Origin: Felis catus
Taxonomy: Eukaryota
Direction: 5' to 3'
NCBI RefSeq assembly: GCF_018350175.1
Contig: NC_058368.1
Location: 195,984,001-196,048,000, forward strand
DNA length: 64,000 nucleotides
Part shown: positions 36,313 to 48,385 of the stretch, one piece after another
How positions within the stretch are numbered: position 1 is the first letter of the stretch
Layout of the letters: each line of letters begins with the position of its first letter
Position numbers and translations under genes: made by a program
Notes under the pieces: generated by a model
The model's input: the letters and a program-made list of their open reading frames with translations, nothing else
Databases searched by the model: none
What the model was told of the DNA's origin: nothing

Positions 36313-39300
36313 GGGGCGGCTGTTGGAGTCTGTGCAGTGCTGCTGGGAGTGGCCTAGGAGGTGGCTCCGCCAGACCAAACAACCCCAGTGCTTCAAGCTC
36401 CAGGCTTTTCTCTGACTCTGTTTGCTTTCTTTCTCTCCTTTCCGGTTCCCCTTTAACTGGTTCCTGCTTCCAGTGAGCAGAGCCGGAGGGAGGCCCTGGC
36501 AGGGTAGGTACTGGGCCCTCCCCTCCCCCTCCGCAGGAGGTTTTCTAGACCCTGCTTCCCTGCCACAGCCCCACACAGGCCCCTTTCCTGTCTGAGCCTC
36601 AGTTTCCCGGTTCCCTCCTGTAGGAAGCCGCCCTACTCTCCTGCTGGCAATGCCAACGGAGAGCACTGTTACCAACCCACCCACTGCCCGGGACTGGGGC
36701 CCAGGGTTCCTCCAGGAGGTGGTTTTGGGAGATCTGAAACCAGCCCCCAGAGAGGAGTCTTCCTGAGGCTCCCTAAGCTTCTGACCACCTGGCCTTACTA
36801 CCTATAAGGGCTGTGACGCCACCGAGGGACCAGGAGGACTATTTGAGAACATTTGAGGGGCAAGGGACCCTGAGGCCAGCCATGCCCAGGCCTCAGGCCT
36901 CCAGGGTTCCATTCAGCCAGGTGAGTATCCACTGAACACTTACTTAGGTTGGCTCACTTGACCCCCACCAATGCCCCACGAAGTAGGTGCGATCCCTGCC
37001 CCAGTTTTACAGATGAGGAAACTGACAGAAGAGTTAAGTGGCCAGCTTGAAGTTACAGGGCCAGGAGGAGCAGGGCCGGGCCTGGAGCCCAAGGCTGGGA
37101 AAGAGTTAGCACTCTCCCCTCATCTCAGGGCAATCGCTCTCGGTCTCGTCCTCCCCCTCGTGAAGTGGTGATGACACCCTGCTCTTAAGTCAGCAGAGTC
37201 ACTGCCAGGCCCGACACCTTTGAGCTTCCACTTATTGGGTGCAGTGTGTGCCGTGGCTTCTGTCCCATCGTCTCAGGCGTCTTCATGACAACCCATTTTA
37301 CAGACCAGGAAAGTAGAGCTGAGAGAGGTGCAGTAACCCGGCGAGGTCCCACAGCCGCAGCAAGAACGAAGCACAGGTCCACCTGACCGCTTTTCTTCCT
37401 TCTCTTTTTTCCTAACCCCACAGCAAGCTCCAGCTTTCCTTTGCCTGAAGTCGATATCGTCACCGGTAGACCTGCGTGTGACTCTACGGGGAACGTGCTA
37501 TCCCTCCACGTTCTGCCTCTAGCAAACCCAGGAAAGGGAAATCAAGGTGAAATGTAAGGAAGGGGGGGCGCCCAGGGCATCACTGTGGCTGGGTTTAACT
37601 CGAATCCTCTGCCTTCATTGGAACCCACCGTTTAGCACAACAAGGGTTACGCATGTAAGTGGACCCTGGTCGTATGAAAAGTTCCATCTGCTAAATGGGA
37701 ATGTTTCTTTAGGAAGGGGTTGCTCCTTAAAGCCCATTCCTCCCAACTAAGCAATGCCAACGCCCACTGTCTGCTCAGGCAGACCTCTCTATGACGATGC
37801 CCAGAAAGCTGGCCAGTGCAGCATAAAGCAGTCCTCTGTTTGCCCTTGGCCTTGGGTGTAGCCTCTAGCAGTTCCGTAGGACGCACAAGGCCGCTGAAGG
37901 CCAATTGAAATGTGATAAGTTCTGTAAGCAGGGACTGTGCCCCTGACCCTGGCCAGCTGCTTCTCCAGGATTTGAAACAGCTGGTCTAGGCCGCAAGGGA
38001 ACCTGGTCCCAAGGACGGTGGCTAACTCCATGTGGCCCACCCCTGCTCCAAGAAGCCCAAGCCCAAAACTCTCAAGGTCCTCCCCACACCCTGGAAAGCA
38101 CGCCTCTAGAGGAACAAGAACCTTCTAGAGGTAGAAGGATGTTGCTCCCTCCTCGGACAGAGCTAGATAATTACTGCAGCCTCGCTAAGAACAATGCCTC
38201 CAGAGCCTGGTGTGGACACTGAAGCCTTAGGAGGGCAAGGAGCCTACCCTGGGCTCCTTCCTCTTCACCTGCTGCCTCCCCAAGAAGGGGTCTTGATTTG
38301 CCCCCCCACCCTCCCACCCAAGGAGGCTGCTCACATCCTTGGCCAATGTGTGGTGCCCTCTGCCTGTTGCAGGATGAGACAAGCAACACAGTCTCAGAAG
38401 CCCCACCCCTGCATCCTCCCGGTGCGCCCCTCCCAGGGGGTGGTCCTGGGTTGGCACATTAAACACAGCCAAGTAGCCAGGGAGCCGAGGCTGAATGGCA
38501 GGAAAGGCTGAAGCCAGGGTGGCCCCTCGCCTACCTGCCCAACCCAGCGATTCAAAGCAAGGCTGAGGCCGGATAAAGCACTTGAAAATGTCAGTCAGGG
38601 AACAATCTCTTTCCCAAACTCCCTGCCTTTGACCTTGGGCACCCAGCCCTGACCTTGGGATGGGCTGATCTTTTTCTCAGCTCTGCCGACTCCATCCCCA
38701 GTCCCTTCACACACACACACACACGCATGCACGCACGCACAAGCACGCACTGTGACAACTGGACTTTTTGCTGTAATCACAGAATTACAGAACTGCTCAT
38801 TTGCGGGGGCCAAAAAATGGTTTATAAGCAGACCACACTGGGTCCCAGACAGCCGGAACCAACATTCTTCTGAGCATTTAAAATGGTAAAAGCGTCAAGA
38901 AAGCCTGTGGCCAAAATGGACAGGACCCCAGGGACCATCTGGCAGTCCCCAGCCTTCATTCATTTGAGCAGTTTGTAACTTTCATCTAATGTATCTTTAT
39001 GTATTTTTCCCTAATGTCGGTGAAAATAACACACAAGCCTCGTCAAAATGAAGATTACTAGTCCACGTGGCCCCATCTCACCAGCTCCCTGGGTGGCACA
39101 TACCGCTTTGGGAAATACTACCTTGGCCCAAACTTGCCATTATAGAGATGGGAAAAACTGAGGCCCAGAGAAGGGAGGAGACCTGTCCGACATCCACAGC
39201 AAGTTGGTGGCAGGGCCACCACCAGATCCCAGAGCCCTGTTCCCAGAGAGTCTCACTCCTTAGGGAGAGAAGACCCCGGACTCAGGTCACTGAGGCCTCC

Positions 39301-40279
39301 AGGTGCCCCTGTTTGCCAGAGAATCAGAGTGCAGGCTCCAGCCTTTTCTCCAAGGCCTCGCCCTTGTCCCAGTTATCCTCTGACCCCTCCTGGAGCTGAC
39401 AGCCCCCAAGCCGCCTCCCTGACGGTATGGGAAAGCTGGCCTTTTCCTTGGGATTGGTTTCCTTATCTTCCATGGCTACAGCGAAGATGCCATGCTCCTG
39501 GGCATGAGCGCTCTGAAAAAAGATGACGACAGATATGGGAGAGGGGGCTGTTAGCTCCTTGCTCCGTGCCTCAGCCTTTCTCTCTGGGAAATAGGTACAG
39601 GTTTGCGCGTGTGAGAAGGCTGAGCTGGGCTAGAGGGAAAGGCGCGAAGGAGGATGGTGGCCACGGGGGTGTCCCCGCATGGAAGGACCGGCACCAACTC
39701 AGCTGGGGTGTCTCCTCACCCCCCGAAGACCCTCCTGGGAGGCAGCCAGCAGGCTCCCAGGCTCAGGGAGATAGGTAGAAGTCTGCCCAGGCCTCTGGCC
39801 ACAGGAGGCCAAGAGGGAGGCCAATCTAGCCCTGTGAACAGGGCCACCACCGACCCGCAGACACGCTCACGCGCACACACTCATCCACACGACACGCACA
39901 CACGCACAGCTCAGACATTCACGCGCGGTTTTTGACGCACTCTCATTTGCGCAGATGCAAATGACCCCAACCCTTCCTACCCCCCACTCACCCTGGGCAC
40001 ACAGCGGGGCCAGCCTGCCTCTTTCCTCCCCCCCCCAGTCCCAAGCCCCAGGCCTGGCGGCGTCTCTGTCCCGCTGCCTGGGAGACACATGTGGTTTCAG
40101 TTAGCAGCAGAACGGGCATTTCCGTCCCAGACAGCCGGGCCCTGCCAGGGCCCCGGCCCCACAGGCGCCCCCAAGAAGGACCACTTCGACCCCCACTCCT
40201 CCACTGGCCACACCAGCGACCCCAGAGGGCCCTCTCCCCAGGAAGACCCTGTTTTCCTCTCCCAAGGTCTCCCCCTCAC

Positions 40280-40390
40280 CTGGAGCCAGAATCCGCACCC
40301 ACTCGCTCAGGGACCAGCTATGCCCGGGGCCTCCGGCCACGACTGCCAGCCTGCCTCCTCGCTCTCGCTCTGTCTCGGAGCAGAGGCTGA
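40280..40390 (-). other. SYNPO: Probable non-coding first exon of the SYNPO long-isoform transcript
   Basis: Donor CAG|GTGAGG at 40280/40279, locally CpG-enriched and ATG-free, with GC-box/G-rich elements at 40418-40450. The ~17.6 kb spacing to the coding exon resembles the recalled human layout. The 5' end is approximate. Confidence 0.65.
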
Positions 40391-40700
40391 GCTGGATGGA
40401 AGGAGGGCAGGGTGTCAGGGGGGCGGGCGGGAGGGAGGGGAGGGGGCGTGTGGAAATGAAACTTTAATAACAGAGCCCCTTTTGTTTCCGAGCATATGGG
40501 ATATTTCATACATACTGAAGACATTAGCCGTCTATATTTTTAAGGGCTCCGGCTAAAGGATGAATAAATACAGCCCATATTCCACTCTGCAAACACGCAC
40601 ATGCAGAGTGCTCGCTTCTGGAGCATTTCAAAACCCAACGAGAAAGCCCCCAGTGACACCGGACACTTAAAAATAAATATGTTTCCAAAACCTCCAGCTC
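40391..40700 (-). promoter_or_regulatory. Promoter of the ~40.3 kb first exon (GC boxes, MEF2-type site)
   Basis: GGGGCGGGCGGGAGGGAGGGG at about 40420-40440. TTAAAAATAA at 40667-40676 fits MEF2 consensus YTAWWWWTAR, and a near-MEF2 CTATATTTTTAA lies at about 40532. The block is repeat-free. Confidence 0.5.
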
Positions 40701-43700
40701 GCCTTGCCCCTCTCACAGCCACCTGGAGGCCGTGGGGCTCCTTTCCTCCCGTCACCCTCCCCGCATCCTCTCTACCTTCTACTTCGGAGTAGGGAAGCAA
40801 GGCCCTGGAATCCCGCCTCCATCCTGGTTCTCTTTCCCAGGACCCCCTCGCCCCCCGCCCGCCAACCCCCAGCAGGATCCCAGTGTGTCAGAGTTCCAAA
40901 AAAGCTTGGAAATCTTTGTCCTTTTCGTTTCAGAGAAAGGACACCAAGGCCCAGAAAGGGGCAGAGACTTGCCTGAGGTCACACAGCAAATCAGGATCTT
41001 GAGCCAAGGGGCAGTGCCTTCTTTCAATGGAAGGGATCCCCAGCTTCCCCACCTCAGGCTGGGGGTGGGGAGACCCCAGTGCCCCAGAGGGAGGGCCAAG
41101 GTATGGGCTGGGAGAGTGCCCGCCTGCCTTTCCCACTGGAGTGCTGTTCTGGGCAACCTCCCCCCCCCCCCCCCAACTCTGGGCACTCATCCAGAGCAGA
41201 CGTCAGCAGGGCTGGGAACTGGGCCGGCCCCAGGAAATCCCCTTCAGGCCGGCAGATCCCAACAGGCCTGGAGGCCTCAGGTGAGGGAGACTCCCTCCCT
41301 GACAGCTCGGCTCCCAGTCCCTTGTGCCCTCCATCTGTTCTCCCGGAGGAAAAACAGGGGCCAGGCCTTGGCCAGAAATCCCATGGCAAGATGACAGCCG
41401 AGTGGAAAATTGAACCGGGTCTTCAGACCCTGGGCTTGTTGGCATGCTTTGCTGGTGAGCTCTTCCCCAGCTCCCCCTACTCAGGGCCCCTTCCTCCTGG
41501 GCTGCAGCACCCCCACTGATGTTTATTCACCCTCAGCGGTGGCCTCTGCTCCCCACTCCTGTGAGAGTTCACCAACGGTCTCACCATCCGTTTAGCTGAG
41601 CAATCTACACATAGCAAGTGCCCAGAATAAATGTGGATGATGGATCATGATGACACTGACAGTTTATGTGATGCTCTGAGGCCCGCGCCAGGCATGGGGG
41701 CTCTGACAGTTACTATGAGACAAGTTTCCTCCCTCCCAGGGCTTGTGGAAAAGAAAGAGCATCCCCTGTGGCAGACAGCTCCACATTCAGGGGAAACTGA
41801 GGCCCAGGGAAGTTCGGATGTTTCTCCAGGCCACACTAGTGGTAAGTAATGGGGCTGGGCCTCCAACCAGGATTCCCTGACTCCAGAGTCAGTGCTTAGA
41901 ACCCTCTAGGGGCTCACTCATCGCCTGAACCCCACCCTGGCCCCAAGACTGTGCAGTGCTATGTTGTTCTTGAATGTCTCTGCATTTAATAAGAATCGGC
42001 AGGCAGAGCACCCTCAAACCCTCCATGGGAATGGAGAATTGATGCAGGAGCTGGTGGCCTGGGGTTTTGGCCTCACTGTGCCACTAACAGCTAAGTGAGG
42101 TCCCTTCTTTAAGGACACAGCTTTTCTCCGCTGTAAAGTGGAGATAACCATTTCACTGAATTATGAAGATCACATGATATAAAGGATGTGAAGGGCGGGG
42201 GGGGGGGAGGGGCTTTGCCAAGTACGTGGTGATTTTCCCGTCTGGAATTTCGTGCTGTGGATAGGTCCTGGCATTAAATCCTGTCTGGGTTCCAACGGGC
42301 CCCGACTGGCCTCCTTGCCAGCCGGTGGCCCTCACCATAACCTGCATTAGCCCCCAGAGTCAGCTTCCTGAAGAAGGCCTTGTATCTTGCCATCTCCCCC
42401 ACCCACAGTGACCCCACAGCAGCTCCCCCATTGCCCCAAGGCAGCCAGTGAGTTAGAGGTGCATTCAAGACCCCTGGGGACCTGGTCCCCACCTGAGCCT
42501 CCCCACTCTTTCCCAGCCCAGACCCTCCACCCCTGTCAGCCCGGCATCCTCAGGCCTCGGGAAGATTTCCTGCCCCCGAGTGATCCAAACTAGTACTACC
42601 CTCACTTCTGTCATCAGCTTACTGATGAGAAGGGCCTGCGAGCTTTGGTGACAGCTCAGAGGACTTTTCAGAAGGGAAGCTTCATGTGAGTTCTAGGCTG
42701 GGTTCTGCAAGGGAGGAAGGTTTCCAGGTAAGTGAGAGGTTATTGTCTTAATGCTAATTATTTCACAAGATAATAATGAAGCGGCCATTCATGGAGCACT
42801 TTATGCCAGGCACCGTGTGCTCCATGCATTGCCTGCTCGTTCCTGACGACCGGACAACGTTTTGAGGCTGGTGGGGAGGCTAAAGTCTCTGCCTGAAGCC
42901 CCCCACCTGTCCATGGCAGAGCTGGTATTCAAGCGTGGCCTGCCCAGCTCCAGCTCATGCTCTTAACTGGCTTTACAGGTCAGTGTTTTCTATCCCCATC
43001 GACAGGGTGAGCCCTTGGGGGAGTGAGATTTGGCCTCGGACTTTTCATTCTCCGCAGAGCAGAGCTAAGCTCAGCGCTTTGTTCTTAATTGGCATCAGGG
43101 GATAGTTGCCGGATTGAGATTCCGGTGAGATTCAGTGATGGAAGGAGGCAAGGCGTGGGTGTGTGTGCGTGCGTGCACCGTTTCCTCAGACTGGCGAGCC
43201 CAGCCTAGTTCCTGCAGAGCCATGACCATGGTGGGTCACCTGGCAGGCAGTAGGCACTCTGAGTCGCGATTCCACTGCCGATAAGCATGACTCACTCTGT
43301 TTCCAATCCTTTTGTCAATCTGGTGGCCCCCGGCTCCCAGGAGGTTACTATAGCATTGATAGGCACAGCACACCGAAGCCCAGATCTCTTGGGCTGGGTG
43401 ACCCTCCTGTGTATGTGGATGGTGAGGGGGAGGGAGGCTCAAAGTACAGGAAAACAGTTCTTTAGCGACGGGCTCAGCATAAGAGGTTTTAAATGCAGAC
43501 TTGAAGAAATAGGAAACTTCAAAGCCCACTGCACCCCACTTACCAACTTAGTAGAAGCCACAGGAAGACGGCAGGGATCACCTTAATTTCCCAAGGAGGG
43601 ATTGCTAAGACACAGCACTGTACCCCCAACCCTCACTACTGCAACCTTGCAAGTAAGCACCAGCCTTTACCATCCAGGCTCCCTGCTAGGGATCGGAAGG

Positions 43701-45474
43701 TAAAGAGAAGCCATAAGGGTTACCACCCTTAAAGATTCCATGGCTGGACACTTAGCCAGACCAGCTGGTCTAAAATTCAAACACCATCTTTCTTCACCCT
43801 CTAGCCTTTATATGCTGATTCAGGTCTTGAATGGATAGGGAGCCTGAGACAGAGCAGGAGGTGATACCCCTTCTGGATCCCCAACCCCCTGTTCATCAGG
43901 ACACTGCCCCCCCCAGGCCCTGTCCCTCCAGCAGCCCCAGGAGGACACCCAGGCTGTGAGAAGGGTGGACGATACATCCAGGACCCCTCATCTCTGGGAG
44001 AGCAACCTTCACCAGGGCCCCCTCTGACACATGAGCCGTCCTGATCAGATCACCGGTAATTGAGTTGCTTTGGGGGGTAAATTCCATCCAGATGTGCAGG
44101 GCGGGGTAGACTTCCTGAGCAGAGCAGGGGCGGGGTACTGATACATGGGGGCCATGAAGCCAATGTGCCAAGCACCCAGGAGGCCTGGGTTAGAACATCA
44201 TCTTGTGAACAATACAGCAGTAGAATTTTAGTGTCAGAATATGAGCCCAAACCACGCCCCCCCCCCTTAGCGGGTAGTTGGGGAAACTGAGGCCTGGAGA
44301 GCCTAGACAGGAGAAGAGACTGGTCCATCAGTGACTAGTTGGTCCCAGATCTCCTGTCTGGTCAGATCTCTTAAGTCTGGGAGTTTTTAGATGGAAGGAG
44401 GTAGGGCAGCCTTTTCCCTAGAATTTCCCATCAGTCCTTAGATTAGGAGGTCAGCACCCAGGGTGCTGACGGAGTAGGGAATCTTCAGATGGGGAAAACT
44501 CTAATCACCTCCATCTTAAACCCCCCAACCAGAGAGAGTTCTGTGTTCCATTTGCAGGGATTGGGGAGGTGGGGAGCTTGGAGGGAGAAGGCTCCAGTGA
44601 CAAACCCATAAATAACATGCACCACCCCACGCCGCACCCTGCCTGGTCCTCGCTGGTGGTGGGAGAGCCTGTGGCCTGGCCCTCTTTTCCCAGGGGAAGC
44701 CCCTCCACACTTCTCTCCTTTGACCTCCTCTGGGCTACATACCTTCCTGGCTCCTTTGGGCTGGCTTACTGGAAGGCAGGAAGAGGCCAGCCAGGCGGGT
44801 GGGTTGGCGGTAGAGGGGGTTGGGGGGGGCATGAGAACTTGGAGAGAATGAGAGGAAACGAGGGGGGGGGAGTGGGCTGGGGGGGGGAGATTAAGAAGGG
44901 AATTTTTTTCCTCCTGCCTCATGTTTTGGCTGCCTTAGTGTGAGCATGTCTAGGCGCCTTATCGCAAAGGCCAGCATAGTCTGCACGAGAAAGAAAATAG
45001 TGTCTGCAGCGGGAAAAATTACATCTTGATAAAATATCCCTTTGGCGTGGCATTGTGGGTCTCTTATCAGCAGGCAGCCGGACCCCACATACCTCTTGTC
45101 TGACTGTCTCCGGGCCCCTAGCCCCCTCTTCTTCTTCCCCCTCCCTGGCCCTCTACCCTGTTGCTTCCTCAGCAAATGGCCTGTGCTGAAACTGTGGGGG
45201 AAGTCAGGAGACCCAAGTTCTAGTCCATCTCTGCCACTGATGCTGTGTGACCTGGGCCAGACACCTTCATCTCTCTGGGCCTCTGTTTCCCTTTAGTAAA
45301 GGGCAGGGAGGGAGGGGTGGACTAGATGGTTTCTAAAGAGCCTTCCGTCATGAACACTTTGTGACACTGACATCCTCGTTCTTTGTGGTTCTATGTGTTA
45401 TGAAAATTCTCAACCTCCACCCGAACGCCATCATGCTAAATGTCTCTGATAAAAAAAAAAAAAAAAAAAGTGCA

Positions 45475-45692
45475 GGGGCGCCTGGGTGGCTCAGTCGGTT
45501 AAGTCTCCAACTTCAGGTCAGGTCATGATTTCACTGTTCGTGAGTTCAAGCCCCTGCATTGGGCTCTGTGCTGACAGCCCAGAGCCTGGCGTCTGCTTCG
45601 GATTCTGTGTCTCCCTCTCTCTCTGCCCCTCCCCCGCTCGCACCCTGTCTCTCTCTCTCTCTTTCAAAAATAAACATTAAAAAAAATTTTTT
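45475..45692 (+). mobile_element. SINEC_Fc-type SINE inserted next to a poly(A) run
   Basis: Head GGGGCGCCTGGGTGGCTCAGTCGGTTAAG, (CT)n, and tail AAAAATAAACATTAAAAAAAA. Confidence 0.92.
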
Positions 45693-47469
45693 TAATGCAA
45701 ATCCCTTTCATTTCCATTAGCCATGGGAAGGTCTTGCCTGAGCTTGTGCCACTGAGAAGGGGGTCCTGTGGCCTGTGCCTCCGAGGAGGGGTCCCTCTCA
45801 ACTCCACCTGAGAAGTCCAAGGAGAGCATAAGGCTTTCTGGGTTTTTTTGTTTTGTTTTGCTTTTATATACAATGATTTTTTTCCCCACAAAATACTTCC
45901 TACATAGAAATCCATGTGGAAAACAGGTAAGGGAAGCAATCATGCCTGGTCTGACCTGTGCCCTCATTCCCTGCACCCCGAGAGGGTACAAACCGCCAGG
46001 GTGGCAGACGGAGGTCTGGACACCGCCACAGGAGACTGGCTCAGCCGCCTCCTCACTGTGTGACCTTGGAGGACCCCTTCCTCTCTCTGAGCCTCCATTT
46101 GATCATCTGAAAAAAAACTGGAGGGGTAGAGCTCACCACATCCACCTCACTAACCACCAGGTTGTTAAGAGATAAACTAAGCAGGAAATAGGACAGTGCT
46201 CTGTAAACTCTCAGAGCTTCTTATCGTTGAGAACTTGGGAGTCTCAGAGACCAGGAGGGCTCAGGGAGACCATTTATCCAGGTCCTTCCTCACGAGGCTG
46301 GGGAAACTGAGGCCAAGAGAGATGGGCAGGGACTTGGCCAAGGTCACGCAGTGAGATAGCAGCAGAAACAGGGACCAGAGGGGAGAGCCCGGGAGGTGGC
46401 AGGACGTCCGCCTTCTCTGACCATCTGCCATCTGTGAGGAAGGCCTCTCCGAAGGCCAGGGGGCGGACTTGTTGGTTTTTGGAGACCTTGCCCAGCTTGA
46501 AGATTCAGTATGAGCCCTCTGAGCTTTCCCCCTCACTCAGCCTCCGGGCCCTGAAGGGCAGGGCCAGGAGAAAGCCCCTTTGTGTAGCAGCCAGGCCCCA
46601 GCTCTGACTCGAGTTTTTGTTTCCTAAAGACCTTCTCCCTGGCAGAGAAGCCCCATTTGCACCCCCAGCCCCGCCCAGCCAGCCTCCCCCACTGCCTTCC
46701 ACACCAGCCTCAGGCCATGAGCCTTGGCCTGCTCGCAGGACTCCACAGAGCACCTCTGTCCTCTGGCCGTCCGGGTGGCAGGGTGTGGGCTGACACACGT
46801 GTGAAAGTCTGCAGGATGGAGTGACACAAGGCCAGGGCCAGCTCAACCGTGCGGGGGCGGGGGGGGGGGGGAACACCTCCTTCCTCCCAGCAGGGATGGC
46901 CCCTCCCCCATATGGGACCTCACTGATCACTTGTGTTGTCCTGCTTTGTCATTCCAGAGCCACGTACTGCCAGGGCGGGCAGGCCCCTTAGGCCACGATT
47001 GGCACACGGGCAGTTCCCAGACTGCCATTGTGTTTGTCCATTACGCTGCCCGTTTTCCACGCTGACCCCACACCCTGCCTAACACCCTTCCCTCAGGGAA
47101 CTCCAACGGCCAGGGCACCAATCACTCAGAACAGTCACAAGGGGTTTTACCCATAAGAATAGATCAAGTCGCTTGCAGTGCATAAAGCAGAGCTAAGGCC
47201 CAGGAAGGAGAGAGGGCTTGCCTGAAGCCGCACAGTGGATTGGGTGCTGAGCAGGGAACAGAGCCCCGTGTCCCCAGGTCTCCCTGCAGTTCCGCAAGAA
47301 AGGCACTTCCCTGCCACCCTGGTGCTAGCCTCATCTCCATTCCCAGCATTCTCCACGCACAACCTCTTCCTAAGGATAGCACATAAGTAGGGCCGCCCCA
47401 AGCAACAACCCCGCCCCGGCCCTAAGACGTGCCCCTGCAAGTGAGGAAATCAGAAGTCAAGCCTTAAGA

Positions 47470-47730
47470 GGCATGGTCCAGAGAGCTGGGTCTCAGTAGA
47501 CTCCAGCGGGCTACCCTCATGACCTACAGATCTCTGAAGGACTGCCCTGGCGCAAAAGGAAGACTTTGTTCAGAGGGCCGAAGTGAATCTCCACAGACTC
47601 AGCGGGAAGGCAGATTTCTGTTCAGGCTAAGGAAGGGCTTTCTGACGGTCAATACCACCTAACTATGGAGAGAGATGCCTTACGAGGTAGTGAGCACCCC
47701 GTCACTGGAGAAGTGCAAGTAAGTTTTAGA
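47470..47730 (+). mobile_element. L3/CR1 3' fragment
   Basis: ggcagatttctgttcaggctaaggaagggctttctgac...gaggtagtgagcaccccgtcactggag is typical of the L3 3' end. Confidence 0.65.
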
Positions 47731-48227
47731 TCTCCCCGTGGGATGGGCAGGGGCTGGGGGAGGTGATGGAGGAGATGCCCTCAAAAGCCCTTTTGTGTCC
47801 TAAGTAGGTGTGATTTGAGCAAACACATACAGCCACTCATGCTCACAAGCCACATTTCCTCAAACACATGCCCCTCTGTCCCCTAAGAGCAGGGTTGACT
47901 GCATCCCTGCGGGGTGTCCTCTGTCCCGCAAGTCCTGGGGTCAGTGGGGGAAGGGTGCGGCCCTGCACTCACTGGTCCCTGACTAGGACCCAAACCCCAC
48001 ACCTCTCTCTTCCTCAGGGAGCTGTTCAGAATTTCACTCAAGTGCACAGCCACCTTCAAATCCCCACACTACTTTGCTGCTGCCTGCTCTAATTCCACCT
48101 TGAATCAGGACAGGTTTTCTCCAGATTATTTTTGGTGGCATAAGGATACTGCATGGAAATATCTAATCTCTTAGCAGTGAGGAAGTTATTCCATTAAAAA
48201 CTGTCTTCCATTCATCAAGGAGAGAAT

Positions 48228-48385
48228 GGAATTTAGCAAATAAAATACAGGATTCCCAGTTAAATTTGAATTTCATTTTTTTTTTCCGGTGTAAGTATAG
48301 CCTATGCAACATTTAGGATACACTTATACTAAAAATATTATTGTTTATCTGAAATTCAAATTTAACTGGGCATCTAGCATTTTTT
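48228..48385. mobile_element. MER53 palindromic hAT MITE
   Basis: Perfect 21-bp inverted arms CCCAGTTAAATTTGAATTTCA (48255-48275) and TGAAATTCAAATTTAACTGGG (48350-48370); inner GTAAGTAT...ACACTTATACT arms. Confidence 0.88.
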
